Shown here: piece by piece, positions 1 to 11,796 of the stretch
Numbering within the stretch: position 1 is the first letter of the stretch
Layout: the number at the start of each line of letters is the position of its first letter
Origin: Octopus sinensis
Taxonomy: Eukaryota
Direction: 5' to 3'
DNA: 64,000 nt
NCBI RefSeq assembly: GCF_006345805.1
Contig: NC_043003.1
Location: forward strand, 89,218,001-89,282,000
Made by a program: the position numbers and the translations under genes
The notes under the pieces: generated by a model
Database searches by the model: none
Told to the model about the DNA's origin: nothing
Seen by the model: the letters and a program-made list of their open reading frames with translations, nothing else

Positions 1-607
1 GCAATGACTAGTGACTGAGACCTTTGGAAATACGCTGTGCGTGAGAAGACCCGGCGAGCCAAGTGAGACCATAACCTATGGCCTTTACCAGGGGTGTAAC
101 CAGCCCACTTATGTGTACCTTTCCTTCTGTGGACACAAATCTCTGCTTGCGAAGACCTGTTGAGGCAAGTGAAACTGAAATCGAACCAAATTCCACTACT
201 GGCACCCGTGCCAGTGGACGCTAACAGCTCTATCTGAGTGGGATCACTGAAGGAGCAGCTGACTGGCTTCTGTACCAGTGGCACGTAAAAAGCACCATCT
301 GAGCTTGATTGTTACCAGCGTAACCTTCCTGGCATGTGAACAAAACATTCGAGCGAGGTCGTTGCCAGTGCCGCTGGACTAACTTCTGTACTGGTAGCAC
401 GTAAAAAACACCATTTGAGCGTGGCCATTACCAGTACTGCCAGACTGGCACATAAAATCACCCACTACACTCTCAGAGTGGTTGGCGTTAGGAAGGGCAT
501 CCTGCTGTAGAAACTCTGCCAGATCAAATTGGAGCCTGGTTCGCCAGTCCTCAGTGAAATCGTCCAACCCATGCTAGCATGGAAAGTGGACGTTAAATGA
601 TGATGAT
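1..607 (+). mobile_element. RTE LINE 3' end/3' UTR (truncated by window start), ending in (GAT)n
   Basis: Same sequence as the 3' UTR of the RTE at 9367-10019, with subrepeats 'ggcacgtaaaaagcacc' and terminal 'catggaaagtggacgttaaatgatgatgat'. Confidence 0.8.
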
Positions 608-782
608 AGGAGAGATTGATAATATTGGTTTGTCTGGGACTTCAGATTTTTTTCCACTATTAACTAATTTCATTCTACTTAATATAAATCCCACTATCAA
701 CAAATATTTTTATTGTTTTTCAAAAAGTTGATTAACACTACCAGATAATATACAGAAACACATGTATTATATATATATAATA

Positions 783-1348
783 ATGGGTTGTCTGGAAAGT
801 TCGTGCTGATTTATAGTAGCTTACCTTTCAATTTATTTTAGTACATGGTTGAGTCCATAAAATAGGATTTGGCTACACCTCCATTTAAAGCACAGTTTAA
901 GCTATCTTTTCGTGGAAGAAGGTTTATGTTCCTATAACCTGTGTTAATTCTGTAACCCTTTAAAATGGAAGATAAGAAAGTTCATTTTCAGTATCTGATG
1001 CTTTAGGAATGAGACAAAAATTACTGCAACTCAGCTGGGATGTATTACCCCACCCTCCATATTCATCAGATATTGCTCCTTCGGATTTCCACTTTCTCAG
1101 GTTTCTGCTGAATAGTCTTAATGGCAAAAATTTCAATTTCTTGGATGACGTGAAAATATACCTTGATGAATTCTTTGCCATGAAACCACCTCAACTCTAA
1201 AAAGAGGGTATTTTCAAGTTAAAGGAAAGATGGAGATGCATTGTGCAACAAAATGGTTCATATTTGGTTGATTAAAAATGTAATGGCAAGTATTTATTGA
1301 CCTTTTTCTTTCCTTTAAAAATCGGCACGAACTTTCCGGGCAACCCAA
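783..1348 (+). mobile_element. Internally deleted mariner (DD34D) element
   Basis: TIRs 'atgggttgtctggaaagttcgtgctgattt' / 'aaatcggcacgaactttccgggcaacccaa' flanked by TA; remnant MEDKKVHF... fused to WDVLPHPPYSSDIAPSDFHF... Confidence 0.9.
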
Positions 1349-1984
1349 TATATATATATTTGCATACATTTGTTCTTTAGTTTGTTTCAATATCTTATCC
1401 AATATAATACTATATATTATTAATAGTGTGTGAGAAATATATTTGTGTGTGTGTATGAATGGATATTATATTTTATGATGTTTGTGTATTGTAGACAATG
1501 CACAATTACAGTCAGCTATTTCGTCCCCTTTTTGATAAATCATTGAAAATATTTTCAATTTAGCTACAATTAAAACAAGTTTATAAAAACTGATGCATGA
1601 CAAACTCTCCAGAAACATGAAAGAAGAACTATTCAGAAATATTAAGTATAAAAGTAGATTATCTTAAAGCTTTTGGATCATGGTTATTAGTTTCTGTGAA
1701 CTTAACTACAACCACCTCCACTGCTTCAGTAAATGTTTCTACAGCTGGATCTTCAACATCTGTTTTTGTTGGCAATCTGAAGCAAGGGAGATATGTGCCT
1801 TCCTGAAGGTTAACACAATAGCGACAGGAAAACTTACTATGTGGGCAGTAGTTCAGCATCTTGACCACACAGCTATATGTGTGTGCGTATATATATATAT
1901 ACATATGCGTATATATATATATATACATATGTGTATATATGAATATATAATTAAGCAAACTACAAGGAATCTTGTACAGGTCTG

Positions 1985-2101
1985 CATCAGCAAGACTTGA
2001 GAAAAATATAGAAAGAAGTGAAAGTGGTAGAGTGAACTTGCTGTGAGGAGTAGAATATCCAACGTTTCAGATGCAATCCTTTGTCAAGGGGTTGAGAACA
2101 C
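1985..2101 (-). mobile_element. Inverted pseudo-LTR fragment of the Penelope-like element whose body lies at 6163-7230
   Basis: Reverse complement of 2035-2095 matches 7165-7225 ('aaggattgcatctgaaa(c/t)gttggatattctactcctcac'); an inverted pLTR upstream of the body is typical of PLEs. Confidence 0.7.
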
Positions 2102-2361
2102 TGTGGGATGACGTCAGCAGCTGGGGAGCTGACCGGAAGGAGCAGCCGGGACGCGCGCGCAGCGAGCGGGGATTTCTGCCTTTTCAACTCGGGTCGTTGC
2201 GGGGTTAAGACGGGTAATCACGTTGTTACGGTTGGGTGAAGCAGCTGCTATCTCTAGCGTTCGGGTCGGGCTGTGTCGAAGGACCCATTACCGCTGAAGG
2301 GTCTCCATCTGAGCGAAGAGAAGGTAGGTGCCTTTATTTCGAATCTCTCGCACACACCACA

Positions 2362-2373
2362 AGCTATTTCAGC
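2362..2373 (+). promoter_or_regulatory. Non-canonical primer-binding site of element A (AGCTATTTCAGC)
   Basis: Immediately follows the 5' LTR; no TGG; 11/12 complementary to tRNA-Phe nt 1-12 (GCCGAAAUAGCU, recalled animal sequence). Confidence 0.7.
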
Positions 2374-2396
2374 ACTCCATATAAGTCGTCGCCACG

Positions 2397-5300
2397 ATGG
2401 CAGCGAAAATCAGGATCGCCTGCGACATCATCAGACCCTTTAATGGTGAAGGCGATGTAGTGGCCTGGATTCGTAAAATCAGGCTGGTGGCGAGACTGCA
2501 AGGTATAAGCGATGTGGCAAGTCTTATGGCGCTGTATTTAGAAGGAAGTGCATTAACGCTATACCTTGAGATAGAGGAGGAGGAATGCCTGAGCGAGGAA
2601 AAGATAGAGCAACGTTTGCAGGATGCCTACACAGAGTGTGAATACACAGCTTTCGCTAAGCTGGGTACGATCAGATGGACGGGAGGACAGGTGGACGAGT
2701 ACGCAGCAGAAGTTAGAAGGTTAGCGACGCTGGCTGGGTTTACAGGAGAAGGGCTGGAGAGAGCAGCGTGACTGGAGTTTGTAAATGGGTTCCCCGACGA
2801 TGTAGGGATTCACCTACAACGATTGCCAGGGATTAAAAAGATGACGCTGAGCGAACTTGTTGACGCAACACTGGGCGGAAGGCGATAGCGATGGAGGTGC
2901 GTAAAGACGGACGACGACCGGAGAAAGACGTACAGAAGCGGCCGTTCTCAGGTCAGTGTTTTAGATGTCAGGGGTCGCACATGGTGCGAACTGTACGCAA
3001 CCGGGGCCCGTTTGCTATCGATGCAGGCAGACAGTGCACATCGCCCGTGATTGCGACCAGGGAATTGACCGCGGGGAAGTTGCTGCCTCTCGAACTTTCC
3101 CCGCAAACGAGTAGAGGCGCTATTGGAGACGCTACCATTAATTGACGTGGAGGCCGAGGGAAAGACGTTCAAGGCTCTCGTGGATACAGGCTGTATGACC
3201 ACCCTTGTGACTTCAGGGGTGACGAAGAAATGGAACGGGGCAAGTAGCGTCCGGGCGGTTGACGGCCGCGAAATCCATTGCAGAGGCAGCAGCAAAGTAG
3301 AGATGGTGGTGCGCGGTGTGACGCTAAGGCTGCAAGTAATTGTGGTTGAACGCGTGATAGATGGGGTTGATGTGATGGGGATGGACGACATCAATTGCCT
3401 CGGTGGCGTCAGTGTTGTGGGAAATGAGGTCACGTTTGGAAGCGTGGGGGCGTTGTGCACTGTGAGTCAGGATCGCCAGAGAGAGCAGAGCTCCGTGAGG
3501 GACTGCACCGCTTACACCATCGAGGACAAAGACTTTCAGGCGGTGGACGATAGAGTGGCGATGGAAGGACGAGCCCCCGACGCTGGAAAACAGGGTTTGC
3601 TGTTACCAGCATACCCTGAAAGGCCACGCCAAGTTTGAGTTTGAAGACAAGGTGGAGAGGTGGATCAAGGAAGGGGTCCTTGTCCCTTAGAAGGAGGAGG
3701 TAGCGGGCGGAGTGCTACCCTTGATGGCGGTGGTGCAGCCTACGAAGGGAAAAGTCAGACCGGTGCTGGACTTCAAGGGAGCTAAACCAGCATATATTGT
3801 GTCACATGGGAGGTGAGGCGACAGACGTTACGTGCGTGGAGACAGTCGACCGAGGCAGCAACGATTGTCGACTTGAAATCGCATGCTTGCAGCTCCATGT
3901 GAGCGACAAACTGTGGCGATATCAGCTGGTGCGGTACAAAGGCCGGACGTACTGTTTAACCAGGCTGGGTTTCAGGCTGAATTCCGCTCCGAAGATCATG
4001 GCGGCAGTGCTTAAATCCGTCCTAGGGAAAGATGGCAAGATTAGAAAGGCCACCAGCTCCTACATTGACACATTTTAGTGGACGAAACTGTAGTGCCAGC
4101 CAACGAGGTAGTTAAACATCTGGAGAAGTTCGGACTGATTACGAAGCCACCGGAGTCAATGGAAGGGGGAGCTGCGCTGGGGCTGAAGCTGTGAAGAGAT
4201 AGATCGGGTGAATTGGTGTTCCGGAGAGGGAATGAAATCCCAGAGCTGAGTTCCAGCGTCAGCAGGAGAGAGCTGTTCTCGGTGTGTGGGAAGTTGGTCG
4301 GTCACTACCCGATCGCTGGATGGCTGCGCACGGTGTGCAGTTACACCAAGAGACGAGTGGAGGGGGAGAGTTGGGGCAACAAGGTGGGAGAAGGGATGGT
4401 GGCGATGATGCAGAAAATCCTAGAGAGGACAAGAGCGGAAGACCCAGTCAGGGGGAACTGGTACGTGCCCAAGACAATGCGGGACCGTCTGGTGTGTTGC
4501 TAGCAGTATAGCGATAGGGGTTGTGTTGGCAATCGAAGGCGCTGTGGTGGAGGATGCAGCCTGGCTTCGGAAAGCAGATGACTTCAACCACATCAATGTC
4601 ACCAAATTAGACGCGGTGCTGAAAGGGGTGAACTTGGCCCTGAAATGGGGGCTGCGCACAATTGAAATCCGGACGGATTCGGCCACTGTGCTTGGCTGAG
4701 TAGGATCGGTGATCACCGGTGAAAGGAGAGTGCGAACGAAAGGTGCTGCGGAGATGTTAGTGAAGCGCCGTCTAGGAGTTCTAGGTGAATTGATCGCCAA
4801 GTTCGGACTGAAGCTGAACGTGGTTTTCGTGCCTTCGGTGAAAAACAGGGCAGACGCACTGACCAGGGTGAAAAGAGCGTGATTGGAAGAACCGGAGGAG
4901 ACCTGGAAAGGGATAGCTGCGGCATGTCCATTGGATGACTCTGAACTGAAGAGACTGCATGCTATGCATCACCTGGGTGTGGACAGGACCCTGTATCTGG
5001 CGAAGAAAACTGATGCTGACGTCACTTGGAGAAGCATCCGGAAAGTGGTCGGGAGCTGCGACAGGTGTCAGTCCATCGACCCTGCTCCATGTGGGCATGA
5101 ACAGGGAAGCCTTTCGGTGGAGCGTAACTGGAAAAGGCTAGCTGTGGATGTGACGCACTACCGTCAGGGAATGTATCTCTCCATGGTCGACTGTGGGCCG
5201 GGCTTGCTGGCCATTTGGAGGGAGTTGAGAACGGGCACTGCTGACGAGATCGTGCAGATCTTGAACGGGATATTTTTAGAGAGAGGTCCTGTGGAAGAAC

Positions 5301-5827
5301 TGCTGATGGACAATGGGGTGGCATTTCGTTCGGAAGCATTGAGGGTTATGCTTGTTCGGTGGAAGGTGCGTCGCTTGTTCAGAGCAGCGTATAGGCCGAG
5401 CGGTAACGGGATCGTAGAGAGGCACCATCGGACAGTCAAGGCCATAACAGAAAGAGGGCACATTTCGCCGCTTGAAGCAGTTTTTTGGTACAACTTGTCT
5501 CCCTGATCCAGACAAGCTGAGGAATCTGTGCCGCAGAGAGCTGTATTTAAATATGAATGGAGGCACCCGAGCAAAGCGCCAGAGGGCCACGAGGAAGAGA
5601 AGGGACCTGTTTGCGTGAAAATAGGGGAGGAAGTCTGGGTTAAGCCACCAAAGGCACGCTGTACGTCTCAATGGAGCAGAGGAACGGTGATGGCGGTCAA
5701 TTCCAGAAACAACGTCTCCGTGGATGGAATGCCGCGACACATCTTGGACCTTCGCAGGATTGTCGCTTCAACGGACGATGATTGTGGAGAGGGGGAGAAC
5801 GAGGTGCCCAGCTTGAGAAGATCTTGA
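2397..5827 (+). pseudogene. gag-pol of LTR element A (stops and frameshifts)
   Basis: Gag MAAKIRIACD..., zinc knuckle CFRCQGSH, protease LVDTGC, RT VRPVLDF/LTRLGF.LN.APK/YID(D)ILVDE, RNase H (C)DASS/HINV..LDAV/TDSAT/VPS..N.ADALTR, integrase HHLG..CDRC, LAVD, LMDNG, NGIVERHH. Confidence 0.95.
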
Positions 5828-6162
5828 TGCGCAAGACGCCCTCCCGGTTGGATGGTGGACTACGACATGGAGTAGAGAGATTGTGATCTTTAAGATCAGG
5901 GTGGCGTGTGGGATGATGTCAGCAGCTGGGGAGCTGACCGGAAGGGGCAGCCAGGACGCGAGCGGGGATTTCTGTCTTTTCAACTCAGGTCGTCGCGGGG
6001 TTAAGATGGGTGACCATGTTGTCAAGGTTGGGTGAAGCAGCTGCTATCTCTAGCATTCGGGTCAGGCTGTGTTGGAGGATCCGTTACTGCTGAAGGGTCT
6101 CCATCAGAGCGAAGAGAAGGTAGGTGCCTTTGTTTCAAATCTCTCGCACACACCACAAACAC

Positions 6163-7230
6163 ATTAAATCTGCCATGCCTTTCTCTCAATTTCTTCATCT
6201 TCGACGACTTTGTAGCATCAATTCGGATTTCGAATCTCATTGCAGAACAATGTAACAGTTTTTTCTGAATTAAGGGTACCCTCCATCAGTTGCCCACCGA
6301 GCCCGAGCAATCAACTGCACCACAGCTTTCCTACTGTCTTCACACACTTCCACTGACCGGATTCTCTCTTTCTCACCTACCACCCATCCATCCTCCCTCT
6401 AAAATACAAACTCACCCACAACTTTCACATTCTCCGTTTTGACCCAACAACCACCCTTATCTTTCCCACACTGTCTCTTCTGTCTTTTAAAGATAACAGT
6501 CTTAGAAATCTTGTTAGAAGCTTCACAGCTCTCAGCTCCATACAACCAGGAACCTTTAAATATTCTCACTGATGATGTAACACATGCCCCTATATCAATA
6601 TTACCACCATCACGGGGCTCAAGAAGCAATATCACATAACACACCACTTCTGTTGCACTTTGGCAAATCTCATATATTGCATCATATGCAAACTCTTGGA
6701 GAAACAGGGCAAACATATCAGAAGCATAATGCTACATACACTAAGCCAACCTGTCACCAAAACACATCACCACTGCAAATCATTATATTGCAGATTTATC
6801 AGTGTGTGGCATGGCATTGCACCAATGACTTTCCCTTCTCTAGGAAATGAAAGGAGCAACATCTCATATTTGACCCTAGTACTACGTCCCTGACTGGTGC
6901 GAATGAATGTTTTTCCTTTCATTGTTTCACCTCTTAATTATTTTTTACCATTTTTAATCCTCCTTCCACCCTCTCTCTGTAATACCCCCTATTTACTTAT
7001 CTCTACTCTCTCTCCATCACTCTTTTCCTCCTCCTTTCTGCATGCCCTCTTCTGTTTCACGTTTGCAGCCTGTGTTCTTCTGTGTCCGTTGTCAGTTGCA
7101 GCAGGTTTTTCAAGCTGAGAGCATGTAAAACTGTTTTTCTTCACCTTTTCTTTTTCTCTACCCTATGATGAAGGATTGCATCTGAAATGTTGGATATTCT
7201 ACTCCTCACTGCAAGTTCGCTGTACCCCTT
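6163..7230 (+). mobile_element. Penelope-like element (Neptune-like) 3' part: RT thumb, Cys-rich linker, GIY-YIG remnant, pLTR
   Basis: Broken frames read HIKSAMPFSQFLHLRRLCSINSDFE, PGTFK..CNTCPYIN, HFCCTLANLIYCIICK; degenerate hammerhead-like motif at ~7160-7194. Confidence 0.75.
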
Positions 7231-7232
7231 TT

Positions 7233-7263
<31 letters not shown>

Positions 7264-10019
7264 CTGCTAATGGACAGAGATTTAGAGACATATTACTCAG
7301 AGCCTTTGACAAAGTAGAAGGGGATATAGCTTCACATGGTATAGAAGACAACTGGAGGTTCCTACGGGACAACCTGCTAAGGGCCACCGACCAGTTCTGT
7401 GGATGGTGCAAAGACCCCTCCGAACCCAAAATAATGTGGTGGTGGATCAATGTTGTTGACAAGGCTATTAGACAAAAGAAACAGGCTTGGAAGGACTGGA
7501 AGAACGGTGGTAGCAGGGAAGTGTATCAGACTGCTAAGAGGCAGGTTTATTTAGCCAGAGGGGAAGCAGATAAGAAAAAATTTGCCAATGTTCTGTGCCG
7601 TGAGCACCAAAGACTTGAGGTATTTCGTGTTGCAAGACAGTGTGTGAGAGAGAATCGTGATGTGGTAGGACAGAAATGTGTCCGCATGGATGATGGTTCT
7701 CTTGCGCTAAATGAGGATGCAAAGAGAGAGAGGTTTGGAGACGCCATTATGAAAGGTTGCTGAATAAAGAAAATGAATGGGATAAAGAGAGTCTGCCGAA
7801 CGTCAACACAACAGAGGGACCAGCTGAGTTGACAGTTCCTTGGTAGTTAAGACAATTAGAAGCATGAAGACAGGGAAATCCCCAGGCCCATCAGGAATTA
7901 CTATAGCCTAGTCACCCGTATAGTTAACCAGGTGATACACAAAGGAGTCATACCCAATGACTGGTGTAGCAGCATAATAGTCAACTGCTACAAAGGTAAA
8001 GGTGACGCTTTAGATACAAATAACTACAGAGGTATCAAGTTGTTGGATCAGGTAATGAAGGTCACAGAGAGAGTCATAGCCCAACTAATTAAGGAAGGAG
8101 TTGGTTTAGATGAGATGTAGTTTGAGTTTGTGTCAGGGAAAAGTATCACTGATGCTATATTCCTGGTGAGATAGCTACAGGAGAAATACCTAGCCAAAGA
8201 TAAGCCCCTGTACCTGGCTTTCGTCGACATGGAGAAAGTTTTTGACAGGGTCCCCCGATCCCTTATCTGGTGGTCAATGAGGAAACTAGGGATAGATGAA
8301 TGGTTAGTGAGAGCTGTGCAAGCCATGTACAGGGACGCTGTAAGGCAAGGGTTGGCAACCAGTACACTGAAGAATTCAAGGTAGAGGTAGGGGTCCACCA
8401 AGGTTCAGTCCTCAGCCCCATCCTATTTATCATAGTCCTCCAGGCCATAACGGAAGAATTCAAGACAGGATGCCCCTGGGAGCTCCTCAATGCTGACGAC
8501 CTTGCTCTAATTGCTGAGTCACTATCAGAACTAGAGGAGAAGTTTCAAGTGTGGAAACAAGGATTAGAATTGAAGGGCCTTAAAATCAACCTAGCTAAAA
8601 CCAAAGTCCTAATAAGTAGGAAGGCAGGCAAATCACAAATCCCTTCAGGTAGATGACCCTGCTCGATCTGTAGTAGAGGCATAGGTAGAATCTCTATAAG
8701 ATGTACCCAATGTAAGCTATGGACACATAAGAGGTGCAGTAATATCAAAGGAAGGCTAATTAGGTAGTTTTTGTATGTGGCAGATGCTTGGGAGCGATAG
8801 ACATTGAAAATGCGCAGAGACCAACTTCCGCCACATTCCAGGGAGAAAAACTAGAAGTAGTTGATAGCTTCCGTTATCTAGGTGACCAAGTCAGTAGCAA
8901 AGGAGGGTGCGCTGAAAGTGTAGCTGCTAGAATAAGAATAGCTTGGGCAAAGTTCAGAGAGCTCTTACCTCTGCTGGTGACAAAGGGCCTCTCGCTCAGA
9001 GTAAAAGGTAGACTGTATGATGCATGTGTACGAACAGCCATGCTACACAGGGCTGTGACTGCTGAGGACATGCGTAAGTTCGCAAGGAATGAAGCCAGTA
9101 TGCTCCACTGGATGTGTAATGTCAGTGTGCATACTCGACAGAGTGAAAGTACCTTGAGATAAAAGTTGGACCTAAAAAGCATTAGATCTGGTGTGCAAGA
9201 GAGACGACTGCGCTGGTATGGTCATGTGGCAAGAATGGATGAGGATAGCTGCATGAAAAAGTGCCACACCCTAGCGGTTGAGGGAACCTGTGGAAGAGGT
9301 AGACCCAGGAAGACCTGGGATGAGGTGGTGAAACACGACCTTCGAAAATTAGGGCTCACCAAGTAAATGACTAGCGACTGAGACTTTTGGAAATATGCTG
9401 TGCTTGAGAAGACCCAGCAAGCCAAATAAGACCATAATGTGGCCTATGCCAGGAGCGTAACCAGCCCGCTTATGCAAACCTTTTCCTTCTTTGGTCACTA
9501 AACTCTGCTTGTGAAGACCTGTGGAGGCAAGTGAAATCAAAATCACTTCGATGACTGGCATTCGTGCTAGCCGTGTGCAAAGAGCACCATACTAGTGTGA
9601 TCATTGACAGAGTGGCTATTTGAGTATGATCATTACCAATGTTGCCTTACTGGCACTTATGCCTGTGCTAGTAGGGTGCCAAGAGCACCACCCGATCGTG
9701 ATCGTTGCCAGAGCAGCCAACTAGCTTCCGTACCCATACGAGTATGATCAATACCAACGTCGCTTCACTGGCACGTGTAAAAAGCTTCAAGCGAGGTCGT
9801 TGCCAGCGCCGCCTGACTGGCACCCGTGCCGGTGGCATGTAAAAAGCACCCACTACACTCTTGGAGTGGTTGGTGTTAGGAAGGGCATCCAGCTGTAGAA
9901 ACTCCGCCAGATCAAGACTGGAGCCTGGTGCAGCCATCTAGTTTGCCAGCCCTCAGTCAAAATCGTCCAACCCATGCTAGCATGGAAAGCAGACGTTAAA
10001 CGATGATGATGATAATGAT
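7264..10019 (+). mobile_element. 5'-truncated RTE-clade LINE (decayed ORF2 plus 3' UTR)
   Basis: NYRGIKLLDQVMKV, FVDMEKVFDRVP, GVHQGSVLSPILF, (N)ADDLALIAES, FRYLGD, RRLRWYGHV, GRGRPRKTW; tail ends in (GAT)n. Confidence 0.95.
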
Positions 10020-10131
10020 ATATATATGTATATGTATATATGTATATATATATATATATGTACGTTTATTGGCTAAACTTGCAAAATGACCATTCCGAAA
10101 TATAACAATATATATATTATATGTATATATA

Positions 10132-10162
<31 letters not shown>

Positions 10163-10191
10163 GTGTGTATATGTGTATATATATATACATG

Positions 10192-10246
<55 letters not shown>

Positions 10247-10330
10247 GTGAATATCTATATATACACATGCATATATATATATATGTATGTATATATATAA
10301 ATTCATGTGTATATATAGATATGCATATAT
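10020..10330. repeat. Compound (TA)n/(TG)n/(CA)n microsatellite; similar tracts at ~11670-11800, 16675-16790, 17095-17140, 52920-53080, 61370-61450
   Basis: Directly visible dinucleotide runs. Confidence 0.95.
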
Positions 10331-10331
10331 A

Positions 10332-11497
10332 AAGGGTGTGTAAGATATTTGAAGACAGATTTATGTTTATAAAAAAATATATATAATAACATAACTCAAA
10401 AAATGCTATGAGGATAAAAATAAATCTTCTTTTCTATAATGTTATTCAATAAAGCCACCTTCAGCCTCAACAATTGCTTCTATATGAGATCTAAATCATC
10501 TACATGCTCGAATGGTCCTGGTTCATTTTGGACATTACTCAGGCTCTGACAACTTTCAAAGAATCTTTGGTGTTATGGGCTCCAAATGTAAAAGTCCAGT
10601 GGATTGAGATCTGGGGAATTTGGAGGTCAAATAGGAGGGATTGTGTGATCAGGAAAATTTTCAGCTATACATTCCTGTGTAACTAGAGCCTTGTGTGATA
10701 GTGCAAAGTCTTACTAAAACATATAGCCTTCTATTGCATAAACTGTCTATCTAGAGCTTAACAAGTGTTTCCAGGACCTCAATGTAGGTGGTAGAGTTAA
10801 CTTTTAGGCCTTGTGGAAAGAAGTAAGGAGGCATCACATGTCCTTCATTGCTGACAATCCCTAAAACCATGACAGTTGCAGGAAATTTTGCATGCATAGC
10901 ACTTGGAATTTCAGAAGGGGTCCGCACATAACCATCTGTCATTTCTTATATTAACTTTCTGATCTTGGTCGAAGTTTTTCTCGTTTGAGAAAAACCAAAT
11001 CAAATCTGCTGCTACTGGATTTTCCAGTTTGTTTAACAGCCATTTAAATCTAACGTAGTGATTTTCTTTTGCTTTTTCTGACAAACTGACCTTGCCTCAT
11101 CATATACTTGATATCTTCATGGACAACATTTCCGACACATGGAAATCTATTGCAATTGACCTCGTGGGCATTTTGAGATTGTAATCAATGGTTTGTTGAA
11201 CTTGCTGGATAAATTCAGATGTTCTGATGATTTCAGAGCGTTTAAAATGCTTTTTATGCCTTGATACTGGTGATACGTTTCCATCTTCAGTCTAGCTCCT
11301 TACAAACTTTACAGGCGAAAAATCTGGCAACTTTTAAAAATCGAGATACTTTTAAATACCTATGCTCAGCCTACATAACCACAATAACAGCATGCCTCTT
11401 CATTTCTTGAGTAAGCTGAGAGTCTGCCATTATTATTTTCTGAAACAAAGATTATACAGAGTTAGCAAAAAATGCCTCAAATACCTTACGCACCCTA
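10332..11497 (-). mobile_element. maT (DD37D) Tc1/mariner transposon, decayed
   Basis: TIRs 'agggtgtgtaagatatttg' / 'caaataccttacgcaccct' with TA; minus frame KFPATVMVLGIVSNEGHVMPPYFFPQGLKVN; 37 residues between the (Q)D and PLD aspartates. Confidence 0.85.
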
Positions 11498-11752
11498 TAT
11501 ATACATGTGTTTGTGTGTAATTTTCTAGATGGTGTAATTTAATTGTTCATTTTGAATTGATAAAAGGTGTTTTTTTCTAATTTTTATATATATATTATAT
11601 TTTGTGAAATTTGATTTAGTATTTCTAAATTGAATTTTTCCCTGTAAGTTAGGAATAATATTCCCTCAAATTATTATTATTATTATTATTATATATATAT
11701 ATAATATGGATATATATATATATATATATATGTGCATGTGTGTGTGTGTGTA

Positions 11753-11796
<44 letters not shown>

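Larger units (their letters stand above)
2102..6157 (+). mobile_element. Compact Gypsy-order LTR retrotransposon, copy A (full length, decayed)
   Basis: LTRs 2102-2361 and 5907-6157 (TGTGG...CCACA), 5-bp TSD AACAC (2097-2101, 6158-6162), internal gag-PR-RT-RH-IN, purine-rich tract before the 3' LTR. Confidence 0.97.

Noticed and set aside
1659-1958. 99-aa minus ORF with an apparent GTAAGT donor
   Set aside because: Begins in a microsatellite and contains degenerate SINE-head and RTE-tail words (gctgtgtggt, tccagctgtagaaac); no recognisable protein
2225-2250. Tf1-type self-priming partner for the PBS inside LTR A (GGTGAAGCAGCT)
   Set aside because: Two mismatches plus a wobble, no equivalent in LTR B, and a worse fit than tRNA-Phe; not fully excluded
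9560-9860. Spaced repeats in RTE 3' UTRs that look CRISPR-like
   Set aside because: Degenerate tandem subrepeats of a LINE tail in eukaryotic DNA; the spacers are themselves related and there are no cas genes
9996-10332. YI/CV-rich ORFs (also 16460-17086, 52902-53195 and others)
   Set aside because: Translations of dinucleotide microsatellites
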